From Candidatus Eiseniibacteriota bacterium (GTDB lineage Bacteria > Eisenbacteria > RBG-16-71-46): a stretch of 22,880 nucleotides of DNA. The translations under genes and the position numbers were made by a program. The DNA lies in the NCBI GenBank assembly GCA_031370785.1, contig JANMQY010000093.1, positions 1 to 22,880 on the forward strand, written 5' to 3'. This document shows, piece by piece, positions 1 to 7,248 of the stretch (positions within the stretch are counted from its first letter, which is position 1; every line of letters begins with the position of its first letter). The notes beneath the pieces are model-generated. The model was not told the DNA's origin. It saw only the letters and a program-made list of their open reading frames with translations, and searched no databases.

Positions 1-8
1 CCACCAAC

Positions 9-41
9 GCGAAAGGGCCGGTCTCTCGACCGGCCCCTCGC
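9..41 (-). terminator. Intrinsic terminator-like hairpin (possibly bidirectional)
   Basis: Minus strand reads GCGAGGGGCCGGUC-GAGA-GACCGGCCCUUUCGC-GUU: a perfect 9-bp core GGGCCGGTC/GACCGGCCC, a GNRA tetraloop and a short U-rich tail. On the + strand it directly follows CCACCA at 1-6. Confidence 0.65.
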
Positions 42-231
42 CATATTGGGTCTCTCGCGGGTACGACTCGCGAGGTGCGAGTCTCGGCTCGCCTCGGCCA
101 CCAGTTGTCCGGTGCGCCGACCCCCATGCCGCCCCAGTGCGGCTAAGATTGCGCTGCTTCACGATCCGGGCGTTGGAGTCCCCCGATCCCACAGACGCCC
201 AACCGATCCACAGCGCACTGTTCGCACGTCA
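42..231 (-). ncRNA. Candidate structured non-coding RNA (element B), family unassigned
   Basis: No credible ORF. Long hairpin at 150-217 (UGCGCUGU/GCAGCGCA, GGGCGU/ACGCCC) with G-U pairs on the minus strand, several further hairpins, and it ends at the 9-41 terminator. Shares collinear blocks with 19817-20015. The hairpins at ~53-92 pair better on the + strand, so strand is not certain. Confidence 0.4.
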
Positions 232-430
232 TCGTGATGCGGAGCGAAAAAAATCTGTACTGCAACCGCCCTGGCGTCTCGATGAGGTGTCTTGACCCGT
301 CCGCGGTGCCTTGCGGTGCGCCGGGGGAATGGCGCTGGTGCGGGCCCTCGCAACTGATGCGGGGGGGTATAGCTCGGGGACAGGCTCAAGAGTAGAATCG
401 CCGGCCGTATGATTGCAATGGCTAAAATGC

Positions 431-459
431 TCGCGCGCCGGCAAACGGCCCACTAGACT
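431..459 (+). promoter_or_regulatory. Putative sigma70-type promoter of tnaA (TCGCGC-N17-TAGACT)
   Basis: TAGACT at 454-459 lies 9 nt before the ATG, which has no Shine-Dalgarno. The same -35 hexamer and spacing occur upstream of trxB. Confidence 0.4.
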
Positions 460-468
460 CGCGATCCC

Positions 469-1866
469 ATGCGCTTCCCGGCTGAACCTTTCCGTATCAA
501 AGTGGTCGAACCGCTGCGCCGCGTCTCGCGCGAAGAGCGGGAGCGGCTGATCCGCGAGGCCGGGCTCAACATCTTCGCGGTCCCCGCCGACAGCATCTAC
601 GTCGACCTCCTGACCGACAGCGGCACGGCGGCCATGAGCGACAACCAGTGGGCCGGCCTGATGCTTGGCGATGAGTCCTACGCCGGGAGCCGCAACTTCT
701 ATCACCTCCAGGGGACGGTGCGCGACATCTTCGGGTATCGCCACGTGATCCCGACCCACCAGGGCCGCGTGGCCGAGAACCTGCTCTTCTCGACGGTGCT
801 GAAAAAGGGCGACGTCGTGCCGAACAACATCCACTTCGACACCACCCGCGCCAACGTCGAGCATCAGGGCGCAGAAGCGCTCGACCTCGTGATCGACGAG
901 GGCCTCGATCCGACGCTGCAGCATCCGTTCAAGGGAAACCTCGATCCGCTCAAACTCGATCGCGCGCTTACCGAGCTGGGTGCGGCGCGCGTCCCGTTGG
1001 TGATGATCACCGTGACCAACAACTCGGGCGGTGGGCAGCCGGTCTCGATCGCGAACGTGCGCGCGGTGCGCGAGGTGTGCAATCGGCACGGCGTGCCGCT
1101 GTTCTTCGACGCGTGCCGATTCGCCGAGAACAGCTGGTTCATCCAGCAGCGCGAAGCGGGATACGCGAACAAGCCGGTCGCAGAGATCGCGCGCGAGATG
1201 TTCTCGTACGGTGACGGCTGCACCATGAGCGCGAAGAAGGACGGGCTGGTCAACATCGGCGGGTTCCTCGCGCTCAACAACAGCGAGTGGGCCGAGCGCA
1301 TCACCAACCTGCTGATCCTGGTGGAAGGTTTCCCGACCTACGGTGGGCTCGCGGGCCGCGACCTCGAAGCGATCTCGCGCGGGCTGCGCGAAGTGCTGAA
1401 CGAAGACTACCTCGCGTTCCGCATCGGCCAGGTCGCCCAGCTCGGCGAGCAGCTCGACCGCGCCGGCGTGCCGATCGTGAAGCCGGTCGGCGGGCACGCG
1501 GTCTATCTCGATGCGTTGCGCTTCCTGCCGCAGGTGCCGCAGTCGCAGTACCCCGGCCAGGCGCTGGTGGTGGCGCTCTATCGCGAGTACGGAATTCGCG
1601 TGGTCGAGGTCGGATCCCTGATGTTCGCGCACAAGGACGCCCTCGGGAAGACGGTCTACCCCCGGCTCGAGCTGGTGCGGCTCGCGGTGCCGCGCCGCGT
1701 GTACACGACCGAGCACATGCGCTACGTGGCGGAATCGGTGATCGATCTCCATCGCCGCCGCGAGCAGATGAAGGGATTGCGGATCACATACGAGGCGCCG
1801 GTGCTCAGGCACTTCACCGTGCGGCTCGAAGAACTGACGGACGCCGAGGCGGCATGCCAACCCTGA
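469..1866 (+). CDS. tnaA: Tryptophanase (tryptophan indole-lyase), PLP-dependent beta-eliminating lyase, 465 aa
   Basis: Family motifs EPFRIKVVE, DLLTDSG, GDESYAGS, PTHQGR and PLP-lysine MSAKKD. Specificity residues match tryptophanase rather than tyrosine phenol-lyase: HFDTT (Asp, not Thr), VEVGS (not MERG), LRHFT (His, not Phe). Confidence 0.93.
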   Translation: MRFPAEPFRIKVVEPLRRVSREERERLIREAGLNIFAVPADSIYVDLLTDSGTAAMSDNQWAGLMLGDESYAGSRNFYHLQGTVRDIFGYRHVIPTHQGRVAENLLFSTVLKKGDVVPNNIHFDTTRANVEHQGAEALDLVIDEGLDPTLQHPFKGNLDPLKLDRALTELGAARVPLVMITVTNNSGGGQPVSIANVRAVREVCNRHGVPLFFDACRFAENSWFIQQREAGYANKPVAEIAREMFSYGDGCTMSAKKDGLVNIGGFLALNNSEWAERITNLLILVEGFPTYGGLAGRDLEAISRGLREVLNEDYLAFRIGQVAQLGEQLDRAGVPIVKPVGGHAVYLDALRFLPQVPQSQYPGQALVVALYREYGIRVVEVGSLMFAHKDALGKTVYPRLELVRLAVPRRVYTTEHMRYVAESVIDLHRRREQMKGLRITYEAPVLRHFTVRLEELTDAEAACQP

Positions 1867-2573
1867 ATCGCGGCTTCTCGCTCACGTGGCTCGGCCACTC
1901 CACGTTCAAGCTGGTGACGCGCGGCGCCAAGACCGTGCTGATGGATCCGTGGGTGGAGGGAAATCCTGCGTGTCCGAAGGACCAGAAGACCTTCGACAAG
2001 ATCGACATCATGACGATCTCGCACGGCCATGGCGACCATGCCGGCGATGCAGTCACGCTCGGCAAGAAGTTCAAGCCGACCGTGGTGTGCAACTACGAGA
2101 TGAGCCTGTACCTGATGCGCAAGGGCGTGCCGACCGTGGCGCCAATGAACAAGGGTGGCACGCAGGAGGTGGGCGGGATCAAGTTCACCATGGTGCACGC
2201 GGTGCATTCGAGCGGGATCGAGGACGGCGGCCAGATCCTCTATGGCGGCGAGCCGTGCGGATTCGTGCTCACGCTCGAAGACGGCACGCGCATCTACCAC
2301 GCCGGAGACACCGGGCTGATCCCCGACATGGCGCTGATCGCTGAGCTGTATCCGCCCGAGATCGTGCTGCTCCCGATCGGCGATCTGTACACCATGGGCC
2401 CGCGTGAGGCCGCGGTCGCGGCGCGCATGCTGAAGCCGAAGTACATCGTGCCGATGCACCACGGCACCTTCCCGGCTCTGACCGGCACTCCGGATGCGCT
2501 GCGCGACGAGCTCAAGAACTTCAGAGTGAGCGCGGAAGTGATCGCGCTCCGTCCGGGAGAAACGCTGAAGTAG
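1854..2573 (+). CDS. Metallo-beta-lactamase-fold metal-dependent hydrolase (UPF0173/YtkL-like), 239 aa
   Basis: WLGHS, DPW, SHGHGDH (HxHxDH), HAVHSS, YHAGDT and PMHH motifs. Start moved to ATG 1854 (GAGG upstream), overlapping the tnaA end by 13 nt. Confidence 0.88.
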   Translation: MPTLNRGFSLTWLGHSTFKLVTRGAKTVLMDPWVEGNPACPKDQKTFDKIDIMTISHGHGDHAGDAVTLGKKFKPTVVCNYEMSLYLMRKGVPTVAPMNKGGTQEVGGIKFTMVHAVHSSGIEDGGQILYGGEPCGFVLTLEDGTRIYHAGDTGLIPDMALIAELYPPEIVLLPIGDLYTMGPREAAVAARMLKPKYIVPMHHGTFPALTGTPDALRDELKNFRVSAEVIALRPGETLK

Positions 2574-2597
2574 GCCCGACGCCGCACCCGCGCGGCG

Positions 2598-3695
2598 TCA
2601 GCTCGCGAATACCGCCACGATGTCGTAGATCGTATGCACGGCGATGGACGCAGTCGTATTCGATCGGCGCCGGATCAGGCCGAGAAACAGCCCCATCAGC
2701 CCGACCACGATCATCCCGAACCATGAATACTGCACGTGGAGCGCGGCGAACAGCACTGCGGTCATCCCCAGCCCGAGGCGGGGCTGCAGCGCTCCGCGCA
2801 GCGTGATCTCTTCCCCGACGCCCGCGGTGATGCCGAGCATGATCACGCGGCCGAACCCGAGCCCGCGCGCCATTGATTCGTTGATGCGGTGATCGTTCTG
2901 CCAGAGCGCGGGGAACCAACGCTGCTGCGCCCAGTCCGCGCTGCTGTTGAGCGCGAGAATCGCAAGAACGCCAACGCAGATCATCCACACGTGCGCGAGC
3001 GAGATGCGCCTGAGCCCGAGTCGCTCGAGGGTCGCGGTGAGATCGCGGCGGATGAGATAGCCGACCGAGGCGAAGGCGAGCGCGAGATAGCCGACGACTT
3101 CGGCGCCGAACGAAACCCGGTCGAAGAACCCGGCCCTGTCGTCGAGCATCTCCTGCATCAGGTCCGGCGCCATGAAGTAGCCCGGCACCGCGAACAGCAG
3201 CCCCATGAGCACCAGCCGCGCGCTGAGGCGCAGGGTGTGCGAGCTGCGCTCGGTCCGGAACAGGAGCGACACCAACTCGTCGACGAAGGGGCGCACCACG
3301 GTCAGGAGTGAGACGAGCGCGGCGAAGATCGAAACGCCGATCGTGGCCATGCGCGCCGGGCCGCCGAGCTCCGACTCGCGAGCGAGGGTGACCAATGTCG
3401 CGAATCCGAGGCAGCCTCCGACCGGAACGAGCGCGCCGAGCAGCCAGTAGAACAGCGTCCAGCGCTCGTCCAGATCCGCGGCCTGGGCGGCCACGAACAG
3501 GCCGGCCAGCACCATCATGATGGACAGTTCCTGCGCGCCGATCAGCAGGCCGACCGTGCCGGCCACTCCAATGACGCATAGCCAGATGAGGAGGCCGCGC
3601 CGCAGGTCGGGAATTTGTGGCGTCTCATCGAACGGCGGTGTCTCGTCCTCGCGAACGGCCGGTGGAACGCTCGAGACTTGATTCGGCAGGTCCAT
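2598..3695 (-). CDS. CPBP/Abi (CAAX-type) intramembrane glutamic metalloprotease with N-terminal multi-TM extension, 365 aa
   Basis: EEITLR (EExxxR), FAALH (FxxxH) and HTIYD motifs; many hydrophobic helices. Confidence 0.85.
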   Translation of the reverse strand: MDLPNQVSSVPPAVREDETPPFDETPQIPDLRRGLLIWLCVIGVAGTVGLLIGAQELSIMMVLAGLFVAAQAADLDERWTLFYWLLGALVPVGGCLGFATLVTLARESELGGPARMATIGVSIFAALVSLLTVVRPFVDELVSLLFRTERSSHTLRLSARLVLMGLLFAVPGYFMAPDLMQEMLDDRAGFFDRVSFGAEVVGYLALAFASVGYLIRRDLTATLERLGLRRISLAHVWMICVGVLAILALNSSADWAQQRWFPALWQNDHRINESMARGLGFGRVIMLGITAGVGEEITLRGALQPRLGLGMTAVLFAALHVQYSWFGMIVVGLMGLFLGLIRRRSNTTASIAVHTIYDIVAVFAS

Positions 3696-3701
3696 CAGGC
3701 C

Positions 3702-3731
3702 AGCATAGTGTGCACCACCTCGGAGCGTCCA
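3702..3731 (-). promoter_or_regulatory. Putative leaderless promoter of the CPBP gene (TGGACG-N18-TATGCT-N6-ATG)
   Basis: TATGCT (3707-3702) lies 6 nt upstream of ATG 3695, with no SD, within the 38-bp divergent gap to moaD. Confidence 0.5.
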
Positions 3732-3733
3732 CC

Positions 3734-3979
3734 GTGACCATCATCGTCCTGTTCTTCGCGCAGGCGCGCGAATACGCGGGTATGTCCAGCGCTGTCCTCG
3801 AACTGCCGGAGCCGAGCCGCGTCTCGGACGCACTCGCGGCGCTCGGTCACGCGCATCCTTCGCTCGAGCGATTGTGGCCGCATCTGGCGATAGCGCTCGA
3901 TGGCCAGCTCGTCAGCCCCGATACGTTGATCCACGCTGGCGCGGAGCTCGCGCTGCTCCCACCCGTGAGCGGAGGCTAG
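3734..3979 (+). CDS. moaD: Molybdopterin synthase sulfur carrier subunit (MoaD/ThiS ubiquitin-like), 81 aa
   Basis: VLFFA N-terminus and C-terminal PPVSGG diglycine. GTG 3734 has GGAG at 3722-3725, and moaE lies nearby. Confidence 0.88.
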   Translation: MTIIVLFFAQAREYAGMSSAVLELPEPSRVSDALAALGHAHPSLERLWPHLAIALDGQLVSPDTLIHAGAELALLPPVSGG

Positions 3980-4585
3980 GTGCCGAAGGCGCGGCGCGCG
4001 TCGAAGTGGGAATTCCATGCGCTCACCCCCGGGCGATGGAAGGACCTGGTCGCGCTGTTCGGGCCACGCGGCGCGTGCGCCGGCTGCTGGTGCATGTTCC
4101 CGCGCCTGACCGGCTCGGAGTGGAAGACGCAGGGCGCGAGCAACCGGCGTGCGTTCGAGCGCATCGTCCGCGCCGGCGATCGACCCGGGGTGCTCGCTTA
4201 TGAGGCTGGGCGCGCGGTCGGCTGGGTCGCGGTCGCGCCGCGAGAGGTGTACCGGCGTTTCGAGCGCTCGCGCATCCTTCAACCGGTGGACAGAAAGCCG
4301 ACCTGGTCGGTGCCGTGCTTCTTCATCGATCGCACCCAACGCGGTCGCGGTCTCACCGTCGCACTCCTGCGCGCGGCGTGCATCTACGCCTCCTCGCAGG
4401 GGGCGTCGCGCATCGAGGGCTACCCGCTCGAGCCGGCCAGGCCGATGCCTGCAGCCTTCGCATGGTATGGCCTTGCCTCCACCTTCCGCGCGGCCGGCTT
4501 CCGCGAGGTGGCGAGGAGATCGCCGACGCGCCCGATCATGCGGCGCGAGCTGGGTCGCGCGTCGCGGAATGCTGCTCGTGGCTGA
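3980..4585 (+). CDS. GNAT-family N-acetyltransferase with N-terminal CxxCWC motif, 201 aa
   Basis: Acetyl-CoA motif A QRGRGLT, plus VGWVAVAPR, IEGYP and AGFREV. GTG start directly follows the moaD TAG, with GGAGG at 3971-3975. Confidence 0.82.
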   Translation: MPKARRASKWEFHALTPGRWKDLVALFGPRGACAGCWCMFPRLTGSEWKTQGASNRRAFERIVRAGDRPGVLAYEAGRAVGWVAVAPREVYRRFERSRILQPVDRKPTWSVPCFFIDRTQRGRGLTVALLRAACIYASSQGASRIEGYPLEPARPMPAAFAWYGLASTFRAAGFREVARRSPTRPIMRRELGRASRNAARG

Positions 4586-5000
4586 GCTGGTCCATGCCAC
4601 CATCGACTCCAAGCGCCTGACAGCCGAGGCGGCGCGGCCCGACTGCGGCGCGATCGTGCTGTTCCTCGGAACCACACGCGATCATCACGATGGTCGCCGG
4701 GTGACGCGGCTGAGCTACGAGGCGTACGAGCCGATGGCGCTCGCGGCACTCGAGAAGATCGAGCACGCGGCCGTCGAGCGCTTCGAGGTCACGTCGTGCC
4801 GGATCGTGCATCGGCTGGGAGAAGTTCCGCTCGCCGAGGCGAGTGTCGCGGTGGTGGTCGTCGCCACGCATCGCGGCCCGGCATTCGACGCATGTCGATT
4901 CGCGATGGACGAACTCAAGCGCGCGGTGCCGATCTGGAAGAAGGAGCATTTCGCCGAAGGCGGCGAAGGCTGGGTCGAGGGCACCAAGCTCGGATCGTAG
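4569..5000 (+). CDS. moaE: Molybdopterin synthase catalytic subunit, 143 aa
   Basis: GAIVLFLGTTR, LSYEAYEPMA, HRLG, HRGPAF and LKRAVPIWKKE motifs. Start ATG 4569 overlaps the GNAT end by 17 nt. Confidence 0.92.
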   Translation: MLLVAELVHATIDSKRLTAEAARPDCGAIVLFLGTTRDHHDGRRVTRLSYEAYEPMALAALEKIEHAAVERFEVTSCRIVHRLGEVPLAEASVAVVVVATHRGPAFDACRFAMDELKRAVPIWKKEHFAEGGEGWVEGTKLGS

Positions 5001-6176
5001 CTACTCGAGCAGCGCGAGCGCCTGGAGCGCTTCGCCGCGAACCGACTCGTCCGCATCCCCGGCTGCTCGGGCGAGCTTGGTGACGATCTCCTCGACCGAG
5101 CATTCCGCGCTCTCGGCGCCGAGCCTGCGGCCGATCTCGCCGAGCGCCCATGCGGCGTGGCCGCGCACCAGCGGCGATGGATCGGACTCGAGCGCACGCG
5201 CCAGCGCCGGCACCGCGCCGGCCTCGGCACGGTTGCCGAGCGCAATGCACACGTTGCGCAGGAAGCCGTCCCGCTGGGCGCGGCGGATCGGGCTCTGCGC
5301 GAATACCTGGGCGAAGGTGGGCTCGTCGAGCTCGAGGAACTTTTCCAGCGACCAGCCCTCGAGCGCGCGGGCGTGAAGCCTGGCCTCGCGACCTGGCGGC
5401 GCGAAGCGGTTCCACGGGCACACCTCCTGACACACGTCGCAGCCGAAGACCCACTCACCGATCAGCGGGCGCAGCTCGGGCGCGATCGTCCCCTTGTGCT
5501 CGATCGTCAGGTACGAGATGCAGCGCCGCGCGTCCACCTGGTAGGGCGCGACGATGGCGCGCGTCGGGCACGCCTCGAGGCAGCGTGCGCAGGTGCCGCA
5601 GTGCTCGCGCTCCAGGGGCGGGTCCGCGACCAGCTCGCGGTTGACCAGCATCTCGCCGAGCAGGAACCACGAGCCGAGCGTCTGCGAGAGCAGGCCGGAG
5701 TGCTTGCCGATCCAGCCGAGCCCGGCACGCTCCGCCCAGCCGCGCTCGAGGATGGCGCCGGTGTCCGCGTACCAGAGCGCGCGCGATCCCGGAAGCGCCT
5801 CATCCTCGATGAAGCGCTCGAGCATGCGCAACCGGTCGCGCATGATGCGGTGATAGTCCTCGCCGCCCGCGTAGCGCGCGATGCGTCCCACTCGCGCATC
5901 GAGCCCTGCATCGCGCTCCGGCGGAGGGCAGAGGGCGACGCACACCACGGATCTCAGATCCCTGAGCAGCCTCTCGGGATTGGCGCGGCGCTCGCGATGC
6001 TCGGGCTCGGCGAGGTAGGCCATCTCGCCGTGGCGCCCGGCGGCGAGCCATTCTTCGAAGTGACGCGCCGCCTGGAGCGGAGCAACGCTCGCGACCGCGA
6101 CCGCTTCGAAACCCAGCTCGAGCGCGCGTTCCTTGATGCGCCGCGTGGCGAGGGCGGCATCGGGGGCGTCGCTCAT
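5001..6176 (-). CDS. queG: tRNA epoxyqueuosine(34) reductase (cobalamin/2x[4Fe-4S]) with C-terminal HEAT-like repeats, 391 aa
   Basis: ARYAGGEDYH, DTGAILER, AGLGWIGK, CGTCARCLEACPT, CISYLTIE and FGCDVCQEVCPWN motifs; HEAT-like DPSPLVRGHAAWALG. Confidence 0.93.
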   Translation of the reverse strand: MSDAPDAALATRRIKERALELGFEAVAVASVAPLQAARHFEEWLAAGRHGEMAYLAEPEHRERRANPERLLRDLRSVVCVALCPPPERDAGLDARVGRIARYAGGEDYHRIMRDRLRMLERFIEDEALPGSRALWYADTGAILERGWAERAGLGWIGKHSGLLSQTLGSWFLLGEMLVNRELVADPPLEREHCGTCARCLEACPTRAIVAPYQVDARRCISYLTIEHKGTIAPELRPLIGEWVFGCDVCQEVCPWNRFAPPGREARLHARALEGWSLEKFLELDEPTFAQVFAQSPIRRAQRDGFLRNVCIALGNRAEAGAVPALARALESDPSPLVRGHAAWALGEIGRRLGAESAECSVEEIVTKLARAAGDADESVRGEALQALALLE

Positions 6177-6202
6177 CGCAGCGGGCTTGACCCCTGATGA
6201 AG

Positions 6203-7171
6203 TCAGCGCGAGCTGTCGGCCGGAGCCTGGGCGCCGGGGCCGGCCTTGCCGCGCGGAAGGATGCCGCGCGTTGGGGGAGCAGCGGTCGCGGGCGGGCGTG
6301 GCAGTACGCGGAGCAGCGGCACGCGCTCGGGCGGGCTGCCGCCGGTTTCGGCGAGGCTACGCGCCTTGAGCGCGGCCTCGTGCGCGGCGCGGCGCAACGC
6401 GGCGATGCTGTCGAGCGGCATGGGCAGCGGCGACCGGAGCGGGGCGGCGCGTCTCGTATCGGGGGCCGCGGGCGCCATGCGCGGGAACAGGTCCTCGATC
6501 TGCACCGGGCGCACCGGGTGCCCAACCGCGCGCTCGATGTCTTCGACCGCCGGTCCGCGATTGATGCGCATGCCCGCCAGGTTGACGTAGTTCTCTACCG
6601 GCCTGAGCTGCGGTTTCTTCGCGGCCAGCTCGCTGGCGTGAACGATGTGAGCGCTGAGATCGGTCGCGACCATCTGCGAGGCGGGCACATAAAGGTACGG
6701 CCCTCCCGGAACGTAGGAGTACCAGTCGCGGTCCGGCGGCCCGATCGGCGCCCAGCCCACGTATCCGTCGCCTTCCTGCCACGCCACCCACGCCGGGCCC
6801 CAATCGCTCCCCGGAATCCATACCCAGCCTTCGAAGCGATCGTAGAGCCACTGACCGTAGTGGTAGGTCGCCCATCCGAACGGCTCGGTCGAAATCCAGG
6901 TCCAGCCGTAGACGGCGCTGGGCACCCAGAAGCCCTGCTCGTATGGACGCCACGAGAGGTAATTGCTCCGCGGGCGGAATACGTATCCGTAGGGCTCGAT
7001 CAGAACCCACTGGCCGTCGTCGGCGAGCGCGTCGTAGAAGAACCGTTGCTCGGGAAGGAGTGCGGCGCGCGCGGCGGGCATGGACTGATTGGCGGGCGTG
7101 AGGCCGGTGCTCGCGCACGACAGTTGCGCAAGGGCGAGCGCGGCGAGCAGCAGGGTCAGCGAACGAGTCAT
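6203..7171 (-). CDS. DUF6600-like Trp/Gly-rich exported protein, possible lipoprotein, 322 aa
   Basis: Signal peptide MTRSLTLLLAALALAQLSC with an imperfect lipobox. Motifs FYDAL..G.W, WRPY..G.W, GWTWIS.EPFGWATYHYGQW, GWVWIPG..WGPAWVAW and VGWAP; Pro/Ala/Arg-rich tail. Start moved to ATG 7171 (or GTG 7174) after AGAAGGGA. Confidence 0.75.
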   Translation of the reverse strand: MTRSLTLLLAALALAQLSCASTGLTPANQSMPAARAALLPEQRFFYDALADDGQWVLIEPYGYVFRPRSNYLSWRPYEQGFWVPSAVYGWTWISTEPFGWATYHYGQWLYDRFEGWVWIPGSDWGPAWVAWQEGDGYVGWAPIGPPDRDWYSYVPGGPYLYVPASQMVATDLSAHIVHASELAAKKPQLRPVENYVNLAGMRINRGPAVEDIERAVGHPVRPVQIEDLFPRMAPAAPDTRRAAPLRSPLPMPLDSIAALRRAAHEAALKARSLAETGGSPPERVPLLRVLPRPPATAAPPTRGILPRGKAGPGAQAPADSSR

Positions 7172-7248
7172 CACGATCCCTTCTACACCGCGGCGGAGTG
7201 AACGAGTCCAGGCGGTTGCGGCGGCGGCGCCAAACAGGCGGGCGGCGG

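Noticed and set aside
45..103. Degenerate tRNA or att remnant ending GGCCACCA
   Set aside because: No TTC-containing T loop, D arm or acceptor stem, and no integrase in the window.
305..360. Cobalamin-riboswitch-like words (GGGAAT...GGTGCG...CCTCGCAACTG)
   Set aside because: No T-loop hairpin after GGGAA and no downstream B12 box (AGYCAG/GACC).
237..395. 52-codon ORF containing W-R-W upstream of tnaA as a TnaC-like leader
   Set aside because: No SD, lacks the TnaC W-x3-D...P-stop pattern, and is much longer than TnaC.
1287..1853. Long N-terminal extensions in the ORF track (also moaD, moaE, DUF6600, ETF-QO, trxB, permeases, ferredoxin, HD)
   Set aside because: They overlap neighbouring genes or regulatory gaps. 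Family motifs and SD sites point to downstream starts.
469..1866. Tyrosine phenol-lyase (tpl) assignment
   Set aside because: The diagnostic Thr/Arg/Phe residues of TPL are replaced by tryptophanase-type Asp/Val/His.
7161..7208. 9-bp direct repeat GAACGAGTC near the DUF6600 start
   Set aside because: Too short to distinguish from chance.
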